DNA of 52,273 nucleotides, taken from assembly GCF_004010195.1 (NCBI RefSeq), contig NC_057718.1:102570231-102622503 (forward strand), read 5' to 3'. Of the stretch, positions 38,702 to 50,670 are shown piece by piece. A program made the translations under genes and the position numbers. A model generated the notes under the pieces. The model was given only the letters and a program-made list of their open reading frames with translations. It had not been told where the DNA came from and did no database searches. The DNA is from Chiloscyllium plagiosum (Eukaryota). The first letter of the stretch is position 1. Each line of letters opens with the position of its first letter.

Positions 38702-41019
38702 GTAAGTAAATCTGCTTTCTGGATAACAACATGCTGCAGCATTTGCGTACCTCCTTGTCTGAACAATTTGCCAGAACAGAGCATTGCTAAGTTATTAGAT
38801 TTGTTCTGTTAATAAAAGATAAAATGAGAAGTTTTTAAATATTGACCATTAAATTAGACATGCTTTTATTGATATATGAGACACCTTATCAGGGAAATGT
38901 TTTATTAATGTCAAATTTTAATGCTGTTGGGAGTATTGAAATATTTGACTAACTGGATTTAATTTTTTAAAATTCATTTTCCTGCTTGGTCAAGTCATAG
39001 CCAAAGCAACCTTGATAAGTATTTGAAGGGGAGCTTACTCCTGGCAGTTTAATTTACAATAGACTTCATTCTCCAGCACCAGTGCTGCTGAAAAATGAAA
39101 TTATTTATCACTGGGAAAATTTGTGATTGTCTGCGAGGCTTTCCCTTCAATCATGAGATGCATGTAGAGTTAAATCATGATCCAGCCATGTGGAATGATG
39201 TTTGAGTACATTCTTTGTGTCTAGGCTTCCTCTCCTTCAAATTCACCATTGCTCCTTGACTGAAATAGTCTTCAGCAATGGCATGTACTCACCTGCTAAC
39301 ATGGTTCCAGGAGTGACTGCCACTGAGAAACAGTCCACAGTTCAATGCTCAGTTAATTGACACAGACTATGCCAGTTCCAGTTTATCATATACTTCATTG
39401 CCAGACGATGTAAATACAAATGAGGACAGTAGCTTGGAACAATCCATATACTGAGCATTACTATCCAAATATAGCTGAAAAAGGCCTATACGTTTAGCAC
39501 ATCAGACCTCACAGATGGTGCTTTGGATGCTAAATGGTAGCTTTCCTTAGCAAAAATGGATTCTCCTTCATATGCATTTGTTGATGTTTTTGAACTGAAA
39601 ATGGATGAGTTAATAGGTCAGTCAGCCATCCTGAACACAAGATGATATCAGCTGTTCAGGGCTAAGCAGGTTAGTTTGAATTTGGTAGCCTTTGAATTCT
39701 GGATTGGGTCATTAAGGTGGAGTGGAAAAGGTTGTGGTGTTTGTGACAGAACAAGTAGATTGTGTGGTATTACTGCAACATTCTGATGCAGTTTTCATAT
39801 GTTGAGCCTAGGTTCCTCAGAACACAGGTTATACTCCAACGGTGGATGCATAGTCAAAATGTGAACGGATGCCATAATGGTTTGCTTTATTAGTTTGATT
39901 TTTTTTTTGTATCAGCTGTTTCAAGAGCTGCAACTGAGCCTAGTGCTGCTCTTCCCCTATCCAAATGTGTACACTTGACAGCTGAGGTGTCACTGCACCT
40001 AAGTGTATTTATGTTCTCAATCCAGCAGTGCAAACTGTTGCCTTGGCTACTCTTGGCCAGCTCAGCACAGGTGGACTGAGCATTTGCACTAGCCATCGAG
40101 AAGCTCAAGTTGTTTTTCAGTCACTATGTTCTGACAGCTGTGCCCACCTGACCTGTTGTAATACATAAATTGCAGATATTCATGACTTTGTACAAAATGT
40201 AAGAAATGTTTGTCTTGCAGTATGTTGAAGGTTAGTGCTAAGATGAGGCTCATCTTGCTTGAAACGCAAAAGCAGTGGGATTGAAGAAAATAAAATGGAG
40301 GGATATACCTTTTGTTGGTTATATAACTACAGAGTAAGAACCTATAATTCCCAAAATGGGAATTGAACTTTACTCCAGTTATGTGAAACACAATCTTGGC
40401 ATATTAGAATCTATTTAGTTTGGTGTAGACACATCTATGGCTAATCTGGAATGAGACTTCCTTATTCATATTGTAATATTTTCTGAATTTTGATTTTCTT
40501 ATTGAAATGATTACAGTGGCAATCCATTATAAAATGGTTCAATATACTGCAATTTTCTTAATGCAGAGGTCTTGCTAAAACAGAAATCTTTTATTCAAAT
40601 CTTGCTAGTTAAGAATAGGAGTTTTCATATTAACATGCTCTGGTGATATAGCAATTTTAATTTTGGACTCCAATATCTGTTGTTATATGTTTCTGGCTTG
40701 TACTATTGATTCTGCTATAATGCATGTTTCTTCAAAGCGAATTGGCTACAACACAATCAAAGAATTTGTAGAATGTGAACTTACCTGTATTGGCTATAAT
40801 GTGATTATAGTCCCATCGGTTTAAATGGTGCTGGTATTATGTGATTTTCTTAACACAGAATCGCACAGGAATGGAACTATTGTTTTCTATCAGAACAGAC
40901 TGTATGTATTGATGATTTAAAGAGCCTGTCTCCTAATTATCCAAGATGTTGCATGTTTTGCTGCTCTGTATCGTCCAATGACTGAGGCAAATACTTACCA
41001 TTTGTACTTTCCCATCCAG

Positions 41020-41067
41020 GTTGTAGGAGGCCTAGACATCCACAAAAAGATGGTTGTTGATGTGTGA
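41020..41067 (+). CDS. PPP3R1: Calcineurin B last coding exon (exon 6)
   Basis: cccatccAG|GTTGTAGGAGGC...GATGTGTGA; VVGGLDIHKKMVVDV*. Confidence 0.98.
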   Translation, partial: VVGGLDIHKKMVVDV

Positions 41068-42940
41068 CCTCTTTCAAGGCTCTACCCAACACTTCTGCTT
41101 TCTTCTCCATTTCTGAAGATCTGCTCAAGATGTCCAGCAATGCTTTCTGTGTATTTAATGGAAGTATTTTCTCTGTGAAGCCACTTTTTCCAACATGAGC
41201 CTCAAGCCAACTAAGTGTTATTGAACTTCAATTCTCTCAATAACCCAGTGTAGCACTTTAAAAAGTCTGAAGGACAGCTGTAAAGGAGCATCTCAGTGTG
41301 GTGGAGAAGGGGAAGGGGCTGGATTCTTATTTATTTCATTCTCATCTTTTATAACAAGGAAGTATATCTATAGCTTTGTAAATGTAAAAGTAGTAGTTTG
41401 GGCTTTAATAAAACTTGATGCAGAGACTTGATTTGAAATAATAAAACAAAAGGTAGTCTACGAAGTGCCAAGCATGGATTACACAAATCATTTTAAGATA
41501 CTTCTGTCATAACATTGTGTTTTTATTTGCTTTCCCATTATATGTATTTCATGTCTGGTAATAAATTTAAAAATGGTTGAAAAATAGTTTATGTGAACAG
41601 GGTTTTTTTCACTGTTCTTGTTTTGGTATGTTGACTTTTGAACATTTTTGCTTCTGGTCACAATTATTTACATTTTGTTAATGAATGTTCCATATTTTGG
41701 GTTCCTTTATTAGGAACTGTCTCTTTAGTTAGTTCCTCTTGGTAACTACTCCAGCATATTGTAGATGCCAAGGCTTCAAAGTAAAATGGCAGGATAATTA
41801 TGGTATGTTCTTGTGTACTGTTGTGGTAAGTTGGTGAGTAAGACACTTTATCAGAATTCATTGTTTTTGAAGTCTCACCAGATTTAAACTACACTTTGAC
41901 CTTGCAGGGACATGTTTCAGAACAAAATATCCCAATTACACTCAAACTTTTTAAAAAAGATGCAGTTCTGTTCATTTCAGTATTTGGACGGGAAATTTAA
42001 TAATCTGCATCTGTTAATGTGGTCTTTTGTTCAGGAGAAAACTTTACATTCAAAGTTAGTTAGTTATACCTCCTGGTTATCCTCTTGTCACATGTGAAGT
42101 TGTAATTTTTTTAAAGTTTTTGAAATTATTCTTCCTTGTCTGATTGCAGTTTGTTCAAGTGCAATACGATGCGCTGTATTTAGAGTTCCTTTTCCCTCAA
42201 ACTATCCCCTTGGCTTTCTAGGATAGGTTATTAAGGAAAAAACAAAACTTACACCAAGAATACTTTCTATAATTGATGTAATCCAGTCTCTTCATTTTAA
42301 AATCTGTTATGGGGAAAAGGGAAGCAGTCAAAACTGCTTTGTGCTAAGATCAAATCATTCATGTAGCTCTCTCCCATTGCTGTTCCTTCAGCTAAGTGCT
42401 GCACACTGCTGGGCTCTGACTTTGTGTGAGAGATCCAGGTGCTTGGTGTCCTTGCATGATTAACTTTTGCATGTAGATTGAAATATTCCTCGTTTACATA
42501 AATTGCAATGTTCATATAAAAGTTGCCAAATGTTGGTAAATGTTGAAGAAAAAGAACTCCACTAACTATACTCTTTCTTCCTCTGGATCAGTGCATGGTT
42601 CGTAATCATAGCCAGTTCTATCTGCTCCACTGTCAATTGCCATGTGCTCTGTTTCAAGGGGAATCTAGTCTTCTGTGAATTTACTTGTACATAAGTATTT
42701 GTTAGTCATGGAGGGAATGCTCTTTCCCACTGCTTGTGCATAAGTTGACTGCAGTCCAACGTAGAGCACACATCTTTTTCCTTATGTGGGAATGTTTTTA
42801 GTTTGTGTAGGGGGGAGAAAAAACAGTTAAATGTTGAATGTTGAGTTTTCTTCTCTGCATGTTGCATCATATGCTGTGGGATTATTGGAACCTTCATCTG
42901 TAAGTACATTGAAAATAAAATATTTGAACCTTCTTTGTCT
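41068..42940 (+). other. PPP3R1: PPP3R1 3'UTR (repeat-free, several candidate poly(A) signals)
   Basis: Follows the stop codon; no recognisable repeats; AATAAA at 41407, 41440, 41560 and 42914. The 3' end is inferred from the last signal. Confidence 0.7.
42914..42919 (+). terminator. Probable distal polyadenylation signal of PPP3R1
   Basis: AATAAA with an upstream TGTA (42898-42902 region) and a downstream U/GU-rich stretch 'ttctttgtctgatt'. Confidence 0.6.
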
Positions 42941-43391
42941 GATTAGCTTACTTTTGAGGGAGAGTAGTTCTGTTAAACTTGGTTAATATTGAGTCTGGTA
43001 TGACTTAGACCAGTTCTGCCAAAGAATTAATCATAATGTCAAGTCTACTGTTACACTGACTTGCTGAGTTTTTCAACATTTACTGGAAATTTAAAGGATA
43101 TCTTTCCCTGGAAACCTTGTCCATTCCTAACTTGAACCAAGCCTTGCTTCATCTACTGTAGTTTGCAGTAGACTGAGGTCTTATGCCTGAGCAAAGTCAT
43201 CTTGTAACATTAAGCTCTAGTACATACATCTGAAATTGTCTTAACAAAAACAAAAGATGCAGCCAAGAAAAAATGGATGTCGAATGCTGTTCCAAATCAC
43301 ACCTATGAAAGTACCTACAAAAGTTTAATTTCTTAGCAATCAAGCAGTTATGATCATGGTAACTGATAACAAGCTGTGCAAAGTAGAACAA

Positions 43392-43397
43392 TTTATT
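43392..43397 (-). terminator. Probable polyadenylation signal of PNO1
   Basis: TTTATT on + (AATAAA on -), about 140 nt after the PNO1 stop, followed on - by a U/GU-rich stretch 'ttgttctactttgcacagcttgttatc'. Confidence 0.55.
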
Positions 43398-43535
43398 TCT
43401 GTTCAATCCTGACTTGTAAATGCCAGTACACTAGGGGAAAATATTCTGTAAAATAAATAGGTATTAAAGAAAAATACTCCCAAATCAGTTCCTTAATTTG
43501 TTGTGCATTGAGATCACTGTACACGAATTGCATAA

Positions 43536-43603
43536 TCAGAAGCGTTCTGCTGCTCTGTTTGCTACTGCTCGGATATTGCCATAAACTTTCGATGGAGGGC
43601 TCC
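43536..43603 (-). CDS. PNO1: PNO1 (partner of NOB1/Dim2) last coding exon
   Basis: ttaattacAG|GGAGCCCT...TTCTGA; (G)SPPSKVYGNIRAVANRAAERF*. Confidence 0.97.
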
Positions 43604-43759
43604 CTGTAATTAAAAGTGATTAGATTAAATCAGACAGCTACAGTGACAGGATTGAATACAAAACATAAGTGTTGGCATTCACATTATGCAAAGATGTTTT
43701 ACTGAAGTGAACCTGAACCTAACTGCTTGGTATGAGAGTAAACCTCTAAAGGTCACCTG

Positions 43760-44610
43760 TTCAGCCTCTCCCTATAGCTCAAATCCTCCAACTGTGGCAA
43801 CATCCTTGCAAATCTTTACTGAACCCTTTCAAGTTTCACAACATCCTTCCAATAGGAAGGAGAACAGAATTACATGCAATATTCCAACACTGGCCTAACC
43901 AATGTCCTATACAGCTGCAACATGACTCCTGTACTCTGACCATTAAAAGACAACATGCCACCTTCACTTTCAAGGTCTTTGTTCAGCAACACTGCCTTAG
44001 ACCTTTAAGTATGCTTTCCCAAAATGCAGCACCTCACATTGGTCCATCTGATCAAGATTCCATTGTAATTGGAGATAACCTTTGCTGTCATCTGCAAACT
44101 TACTAACTATACCTCTTATGCTCACATCCAAAACATTTATATAGTGAAAACTAGTGGACCCAGCACTGATCCTTGTAGCATTCCACTGGTCACAGGCCTC
44201 CAGTCTGAAAAACAACCCTCCACCACCCTCTGTCTTCTACCTTTGAGTCAGTTCTGTATCCAAATGGCTTGTTCTCCATATTCCACGAGATCTCACCTTG
44301 CTAATCAGTCTCCCATGGGGAACCTTGTCGAACACCTTACTGAAGTCCATATAGATCACATCTACACATCAATCCTCAGGTTTTTTTTTGAAGTAACAAT
44401 CAAGTTTGAGATGATTTCCCACGCAAAGCCCTGTTGACTATCCCGAAATCAGTCCTTGCCTTTCCAAATACATGTACATCCTGTCCCTCAGGATTCCCTC
44501 CAACGTCAGGCTCACCGGTCTGTAGTTCCCTGGCTAGTCCTTACCACCTTTCTTAAACAATGGCACCACGTTAGCCAACCTCCAGTCTTCTGGCATCTCA
44601 CCTGTGACTA
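43760..44610 (-). mobile_element. CR1 LINE RT fragment in a PNO1 intron
   Basis: ORF track GIVSKFADDSKGYLQLQWNLDQMDQCEVLHFGK. Confidence 0.85.
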
Positions 44611-45214
44611 TTGATCAAAGTAATGCTGGATAAACTCCATGTATAGTCTTACTGAAATAAGGCTAGGCAGCAAAGGAGTTGCTAATATGAATTTGGTTTC
44701 CCAGCAAAAAAGTATTCTGCTTTTATTGATGACTTTGCTCAGAATATTCAGGTTTTCATTCTTACCATAAAGATAAGAGCAGAAATTGGGCCATATACCC
44801 ATCGTCTGCTCTGCCATTCAATCATGGCTGATTTGTTTCTCTACTCCATTCTCCCACTTTCTCCCTGTAACACTTGGTTCTTGAGTACCTTTCTATCTGT
44901 CTTAAATATACTCAATGACCTGGCCTCCATAGCCTTGACAACTGGGAACACTTATTCACCCTACAAATGACCAGTTTTTTTTCCTAAAGATATTAGAGGC
45001 TTCTGAGAAACTAGTGTATTCCAGTTATGGTCCAGTAGTCAACTTAATCAAAGCAAAACACAAAAACAGACACTTTAGAATATGATCATGCAACAGGAAA
45101 TAAACTTTTTTTCCCCCAAATTGTTTACTGCTGACAGGATGTTACTTTTTAAAAGGAATTCCATGCATTTGTTGCTAGTTTCCAAATGCTTGCAGATTAA
45201 GATCACTACCGTAC

Positions 45215-45285
45215 CTAGGATAAGGTTGCAGATTGCTGTCCGAGCCATCTTAATATTCTGAAAAGAACCAAGGATGTGGACTTTC
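45215..45285 (-). CDS. PNO1: PNO1 coding exon
   Basis: ttttaatAG|GAAAGTC...ATCCTAG|GTacgg; 71 nt; KVHILGSFQNIKMARTAICNLIL(G). Confidence 0.97.
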
Positions 45286-45674
45286 CTATTAAAACAATAA
45301 TTCACACAACACATCATACTTCTTGGAAGTCAGCTCCATGTTCAACTCAACATATTAGTCTCCAGCTATATTTAGCATTCTAAAAAAAATACAAGTGAAT
45401 AAGGGGGTTGCTAATAAGAATGAAAAGCATGTAGTATATTTCAAACCACTGTCTCGTAAGAGGTCTTCAGAGAAAAACAAACTTAGATCGCATTTCCAAG
45501 AAACCAGCATTGAAATATACTGTCTATTCTTCAGTCACGTATTTACACTTCCTTATAGTCTAGCATTACTGTATTGTAGTATCAAATACAATACAGTTTA
45601 ATAATTCATCTGCTCCAGTCCTCGTTCTTGCATATCCAAATTAGTCATGGTGTACATTTTTAAAAAGGATGTTT

Positions 45675-46700
45675 CATAGCACAGTACAAGCCTTTGATAT
45701 TGTTCCAACTTTGTATCCTATTCTAAGATCAAACTAACCTATATACCTTTCATTTTACTATGTGCCTATCCAAGAGTTGCTTAAATGTCCCTAACTCCAC
45801 TACACTACCACCACTGGCATTCCATGCACCCACTACGTGGTGTAAAGAATCGACCTCTGACATTTCCCCTCAATGTTCCTCCAATCACCTTAAAATTATG
45901 CCCCCTTATGATAGACTCTTTCCCCAGGGCAGAAATGGCTGACTATTCACTATTTATGTCTCATCATCCCGGTCACCTCTCGCCTTAGCTCTCTCAACCT
46001 TTCTTCATAAGACATGCCCTCTAGTCCAGGCAGCATCCTGGTACATCTTCTCTGCCCCCTCTCTAAAGGTTCCACATCCTTCCTATAATGTAGTAACCAG
46101 AACTGAACAATATTCCAAGTGTGGTCGCAACAGGGCTCTATACAGCTGCAGCATAACCTCACGGCTCTGAAACTCAACCCCCTGCTAATGAAAGTCAACA
46201 TATCATATGCCTTCTTAACATCCCTATCAACTTGGGTGGCAACCTTGAGGGATCTATCGATATGGACTCCAAGATCCATCTGTTCCTCCATACTGCCAAG
46301 AATCTTGCCTTTAACTCTATTCAAATTTCACCTTCCAAAATGAATCACTTCACACCTTTCCTGGTTGAACTCCATCTGCCACTTATCAGTCCAGTTCTGC
46401 ATCCTGTTAAATGTCCCAATGCAACCTACAACAGTCCTCCACAACTCCACCAACTTTTGTGTCATCAGCAAACTTACTAACCCATCCAAATCATTTATAA
46501 AAATCATAAAGAGATCCCAGAACAGAATCCTGTGGAACACCAGGCTGAATACTTTCCATCTACTACCACCCTGTCTTCTAAGGGCCAGCCAATTCTGTAT
46601 TCAGACAGCCAAATTTTCCTGTCAAAGATCATTGCCAAAGGTACAGCAATCTCTTCCCTCACCACCTGTAGTAACCTTGGGTATGTCCCTTCTTTTGCTT
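45675..46700 (-). mobile_element. CR1 LINE RT to 3' end in a PNO1 intron
   Basis: ORF track WQMEFNQERCEVIHFGR, DLGVHIDRSLKVATQVDR and RMLPGLEGMSYEERLREL. Confidence 0.9.
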
Positions 46701-47342
46701 GTGAAAATAGTGGAATTTGCACAATTGGCAAGTTGAAGACTGGTTTTGATTAGCTTCCAACATCACAATGCTAACATATCCTTATATTTCAACCAGTGTG
46801 CCACTATGGATTTCTTAACTTGGCCAAGGTACAACAGAAATGAAATACTTGTAATTACTTATTATGCATTTTCCAGAGGTGATTCATCACAATCCAAAAT
46901 GCAGGATGTCTCCCAGCTAAGACAAAACACACTGCATCACTTGATTTCACCAGCAAGAACATTAAGGAAATGGTACAGCAAACCTGGTTTTAACTGGCAC
47001 CCTCGATAAACCAGCAAAAATTATACACCTGAAATACCAAAATGTTTACTGTAGTATTGCAACCTCTGCAATGTCTGAGTAGTCAATTGAAGGTGCTAGT
47101 GAGAAGGCTCTCTGCCGGCACAGATGCATTATTATCTAAGTGATTTATGTTGCAAATAAAGCACAACAGCGATGGGTCTACCCTGCATTAGGTTTCTATT
47201 AGCCTGTGTTTTTACATCAATTATGAGGACTTGATCAACTGGTCGCATAGGTGCTGGTTAATAAAACATTTACTTGATGTTTTAGCTTTTAATGCTAATC
47301 CCACACGGAGAAAATTAAAAAGCAAGATGATTGTATACTTAC

Positions 47343-47460
47343 GAGTCAGCAAGAACTACTCTTGTTCTTGTTACATTCTCTATTGTAAATTTAGTTTTTC
47401 CTCCTTTACCAGCTATTCGTCCTATTGCCCTGGAAAGGTGGTCACCTTTTAATGGTTTCA
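47343..47460 (-). CDS. PNO1: PNO1 coding exon (KH domain, GKGG loop)
   Basis: ttcctccAG|TGAAACC...GCTGACTC|GTaagt; 118 nt; (V)[38 protein letters not shown](S). Confidence 0.97.
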
Positions 47461-48204
47461 CTGGAGGAAGAAATCAAGTCTGAATTGTTGTCTCTATTTA
47501 TACTTTCAAACTTAATGCATAACCAGATAAAAAGTTTAGATGTTGAGAATTGATTATTCCTATTTGAAAGGAAGTTAGGCTTCCCGAGATTTCCCCCAAC
47601 TGTCATAAAACAAATTCCACCTTCCATTGGTAGTATTGCCTGTGGAGCTGAACTGCTACTAAAACACATCGCTATACATTTGTCACTTCCAGATTTGAGT
47701 GACCCTAGTCTGCCATCCTCTGTACACTTCAAATTATCTAAAATCATTCATTTAAAAACCAAATTTTTCCCATCAATTTCAATTTAAAAGATGTTCCTCA
47801 TTTTTATGACTATGCATTACAGCCTCACAAAGCTCTTCCAGCCTTACTATTGGCTCCTTGCATTCCCCAGTACATCCAAAAAACTGCATTCCTTCAAAAT
47901 AGCGTTCAGCACCAACAATTCTTCACTCAATTGCAACTTTGTGCATTAAATCAATCGCCTCCCACCACATACTTCTCCACATCTTTCATTATTTTAAGAT
48001 CTTTCCTAAACCTACTTCTAGCCCTCCAAAATTTCTTTGTAAGTCAATTTATGACTATTTATACCCTTGAACCTTTCGGGATGTTAATATAAATATATAA
48101 TGGAGTTCCAGCAATGCCTGACAGAACCAAGTTAACAAGCCATAACTTTATCACAGTCAAAATCAATTTTGATACCGATGAAACAACAGCCATAATAAAC
48201 TCAC

Positions 48205-48265
48205 CATCTGTAATGTCAAATGTTTCTAGGAATAGGTCATCCAACCGAATTAATGCTAAGGCATC
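48205..48265 (-). CDS. PNO1: PNO1 coding exon
   Basis: tttatatAG|GATGCC...ACAGATG|GTgagt; 61 nt; DALALIRLDDLFLETFDITD. Confidence 0.97.
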
Positions 48266-49055
48266 CTATATAAATAGATAAAATAAGTGAATTTTATGCA
48301 CTGCAAGTTTAACAATTAAAAAATGCATAACTAGAGATTGAATTTCCTGAGTAAGATGCTAAATCAAGATTCAATTTGCCTATTCCACTTGCACAAGATT
48401 GAATGTCTCTGTTCTAGCACACTATAGATTTGTGTCTCCATTTTTCATGGGATCGGAGTATCACTGGCTAGGCCTGTAGTTACTGCCCATTTATGATGGT
48501 CTTTCAACAAAGAATAGTTAAGAATTAACCACACTGTTGTGGATCCGAGTGACATTATCTCTACTGCTACTGAAACCCATCTCCACAGTTATATCACTTT
48601 CAGGCTTGGAGTGACCAGTATCATTAATAAACCAGATAGATTGTTGCAACAACTGATGGCAATAATCAATGTCACCATTAGCAAGAGTAGTTTCATATTC
48701 TTAATTAACTGAATTTAGACTCCTCCCACTGCTGTGGTAGGATCTGAACATATCGCATTACCTTGTGCTAGTCGACTGACATTGCCAGTATGCCACCATC
48801 TTCCCACAAGATGGAATAAACATGAAACCTTGTTTTGCATTCTGCTGGACAAAGAATGCATTAAACCATTTCCTGTTAAGGGTCCAATTTTGTGGATAAA
48901 TGTTAAACTGCACCATTAGAACTTTTAGTTTCACAAAAAATCCTGAATTGTATCTTTATAAGGCTTTCCTTAAGTTTAGATGTCTAGGCCTTCACAATTC
49001 TTAACTGTTCCCTTCTGCTTCTCATTGCAGATCAGTTACTAATACAACACCTAGT

Positions 49056-49340
49056 GTCATAGAATTCCTAGTGTGGAAACAGGCCACTTGGCCCAACAAC
49101 GCTCTGAAGAGTAACCCACCCAGACCTATTCCCCTACCCTATTACTCTATGTTTCCCCTGACTAATGCACCTAACCCACACACCTTTAGCATGGCCAATC
49201 TACCTAACCTGCACATCTTTGGACTGTGGGAAGAAACCTCAGCACCCAGGGGAAACCCACACAGACATCACCCACAGTTGGAATCGATCCCGGGTCCCTG
49301 ACTCTGAGGCAGCAGTGCTAACCACTAAGCCACCCCCGTG
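49056..49340 (-). mobile_element. HE1-like V-SINE
   Basis: 'gtgtggaaacaggcc...acctaacctgcacatctttggactgtggg...gaggcagcagtgctaaccactaagccacc'. Confidence 0.85.
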
Positions 49341-49949
49341 TTAATGCGATTGATCATTATAGAATTTCAACAAACCTCGATACTTTAAAGGATAATAAAA
49401 CTATAATGGCACGAAAGCCAAATACAGGGCAACCTTAATTGTCTGAACACCATGGGCGGGGAGTATTTCATTCAGATAACTGATCAATGCAAGGTTTGGA
49501 TAAGTTAGATAAAATTAGTTATGGGATGTAGATGCTGCTGACTATTAATGCTTGGAGGACAGTTAAGAGTCAACCACTGCTGTGGTTCATATTTATACAG
49601 ACCCTCCTTAAGAGGCATTCGTAAACCAGGTGAATTTTTTAATGACAATCAACAGAGGTTACATGGGAGCCATTAGCTTCTTAAGCCAGATTGTAACTGA
49701 ATTTAAATGTCACTATCTACCATAGTCAGACTTAAATGCATACCCTCAGAACACAACTGCTGGGGTTCTGGATTACTAGTCCAGTGGTAACACCATGACA
49801 CCATCGCTTCTTCTGACTGAACAACATTCAACCTCTATTCTAAACAAGTACTGTTTCAAAACATTGGTATTTATTGGTAATTGAAGAGGAGTACATGTTA
49901 CTTCACTGCAAGATATTTAGCATTAACCACCCTCAGTGCATGAACTCAC

Positions 49950-50033
49950 CTCCACTTGGAATCCAAGAACAAAAGCCTTTACAAAGTCTGCAGCCTTCGT
50001 CAACGCACCTATATCTTGTGTGTCTTTACAAGT
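49950..50033 (-). CDS. PNO1: PNO1 coding exon
   Basis: ctttgccAG|ACTTGT...GTGGAG|GTgagt; 84 nt; TCKDTQDIGALTKAADFVKAFVLGFQVE. Confidence 0.97.
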
Positions 50034-50670
50034 CTGGCAAAGAATTGCACAAATACTTTTACAGAACAGCTATGGATGTCAAGCACTCAGGTTCGCTAGT
50101 ACCTTAATGAATAATATCAAAACAAGCACAGAACAAAGATTACAAAACAGCAGCAAATGATAAATAGTCAGTAGATCAGAGAGAATTTGTGGAGCGAAAG
50201 AATGTGACATTTCTGCCAGAATCTGCACAGGCATAAAGTCCATTCTTTTCCATAGATGATGCAAGACTTGCTGAGCATGCTTTTAATTTAATGTTCCCAG
50301 CATTTGTCATGTGATGCTTTTGTAAAGGTTATGACATCATCTGTTCAAAGGTTATCATGTACCATTGACCAAAAACAAACCAAACCAGATTGAATGTATA
50401 ACACACTACCACCTGGAATCAGCCCAGGCGTCTAGATCCATAGTGAAATTGATTAAACCACATGATGAGACAGACTAGGTCTCTGCTCAATTCAAAGCAG
50501 GTGTAATACAATTTCCCTTAACAGCATAAGGAAGAAGAGCAGGAGTGGACTAGCAGTCCCTCGGGACTGCTCCACCATTCATCAGGTGGATGGCTGATCT
50601 GACATTCTTCACGTCCACTTTCCTGTATTTTGTACATAACCTTTGGTTCCCCAAATGACCAAGAATCTAT

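Noticed and set aside
41065..41178. Stop-codon read-through extension (TGA-C followed by an open frame)
   Set aside because: It lacks the TGA-CTAG motif and the peptide is unremarkable; UTR-level constraint is the simpler explanation.
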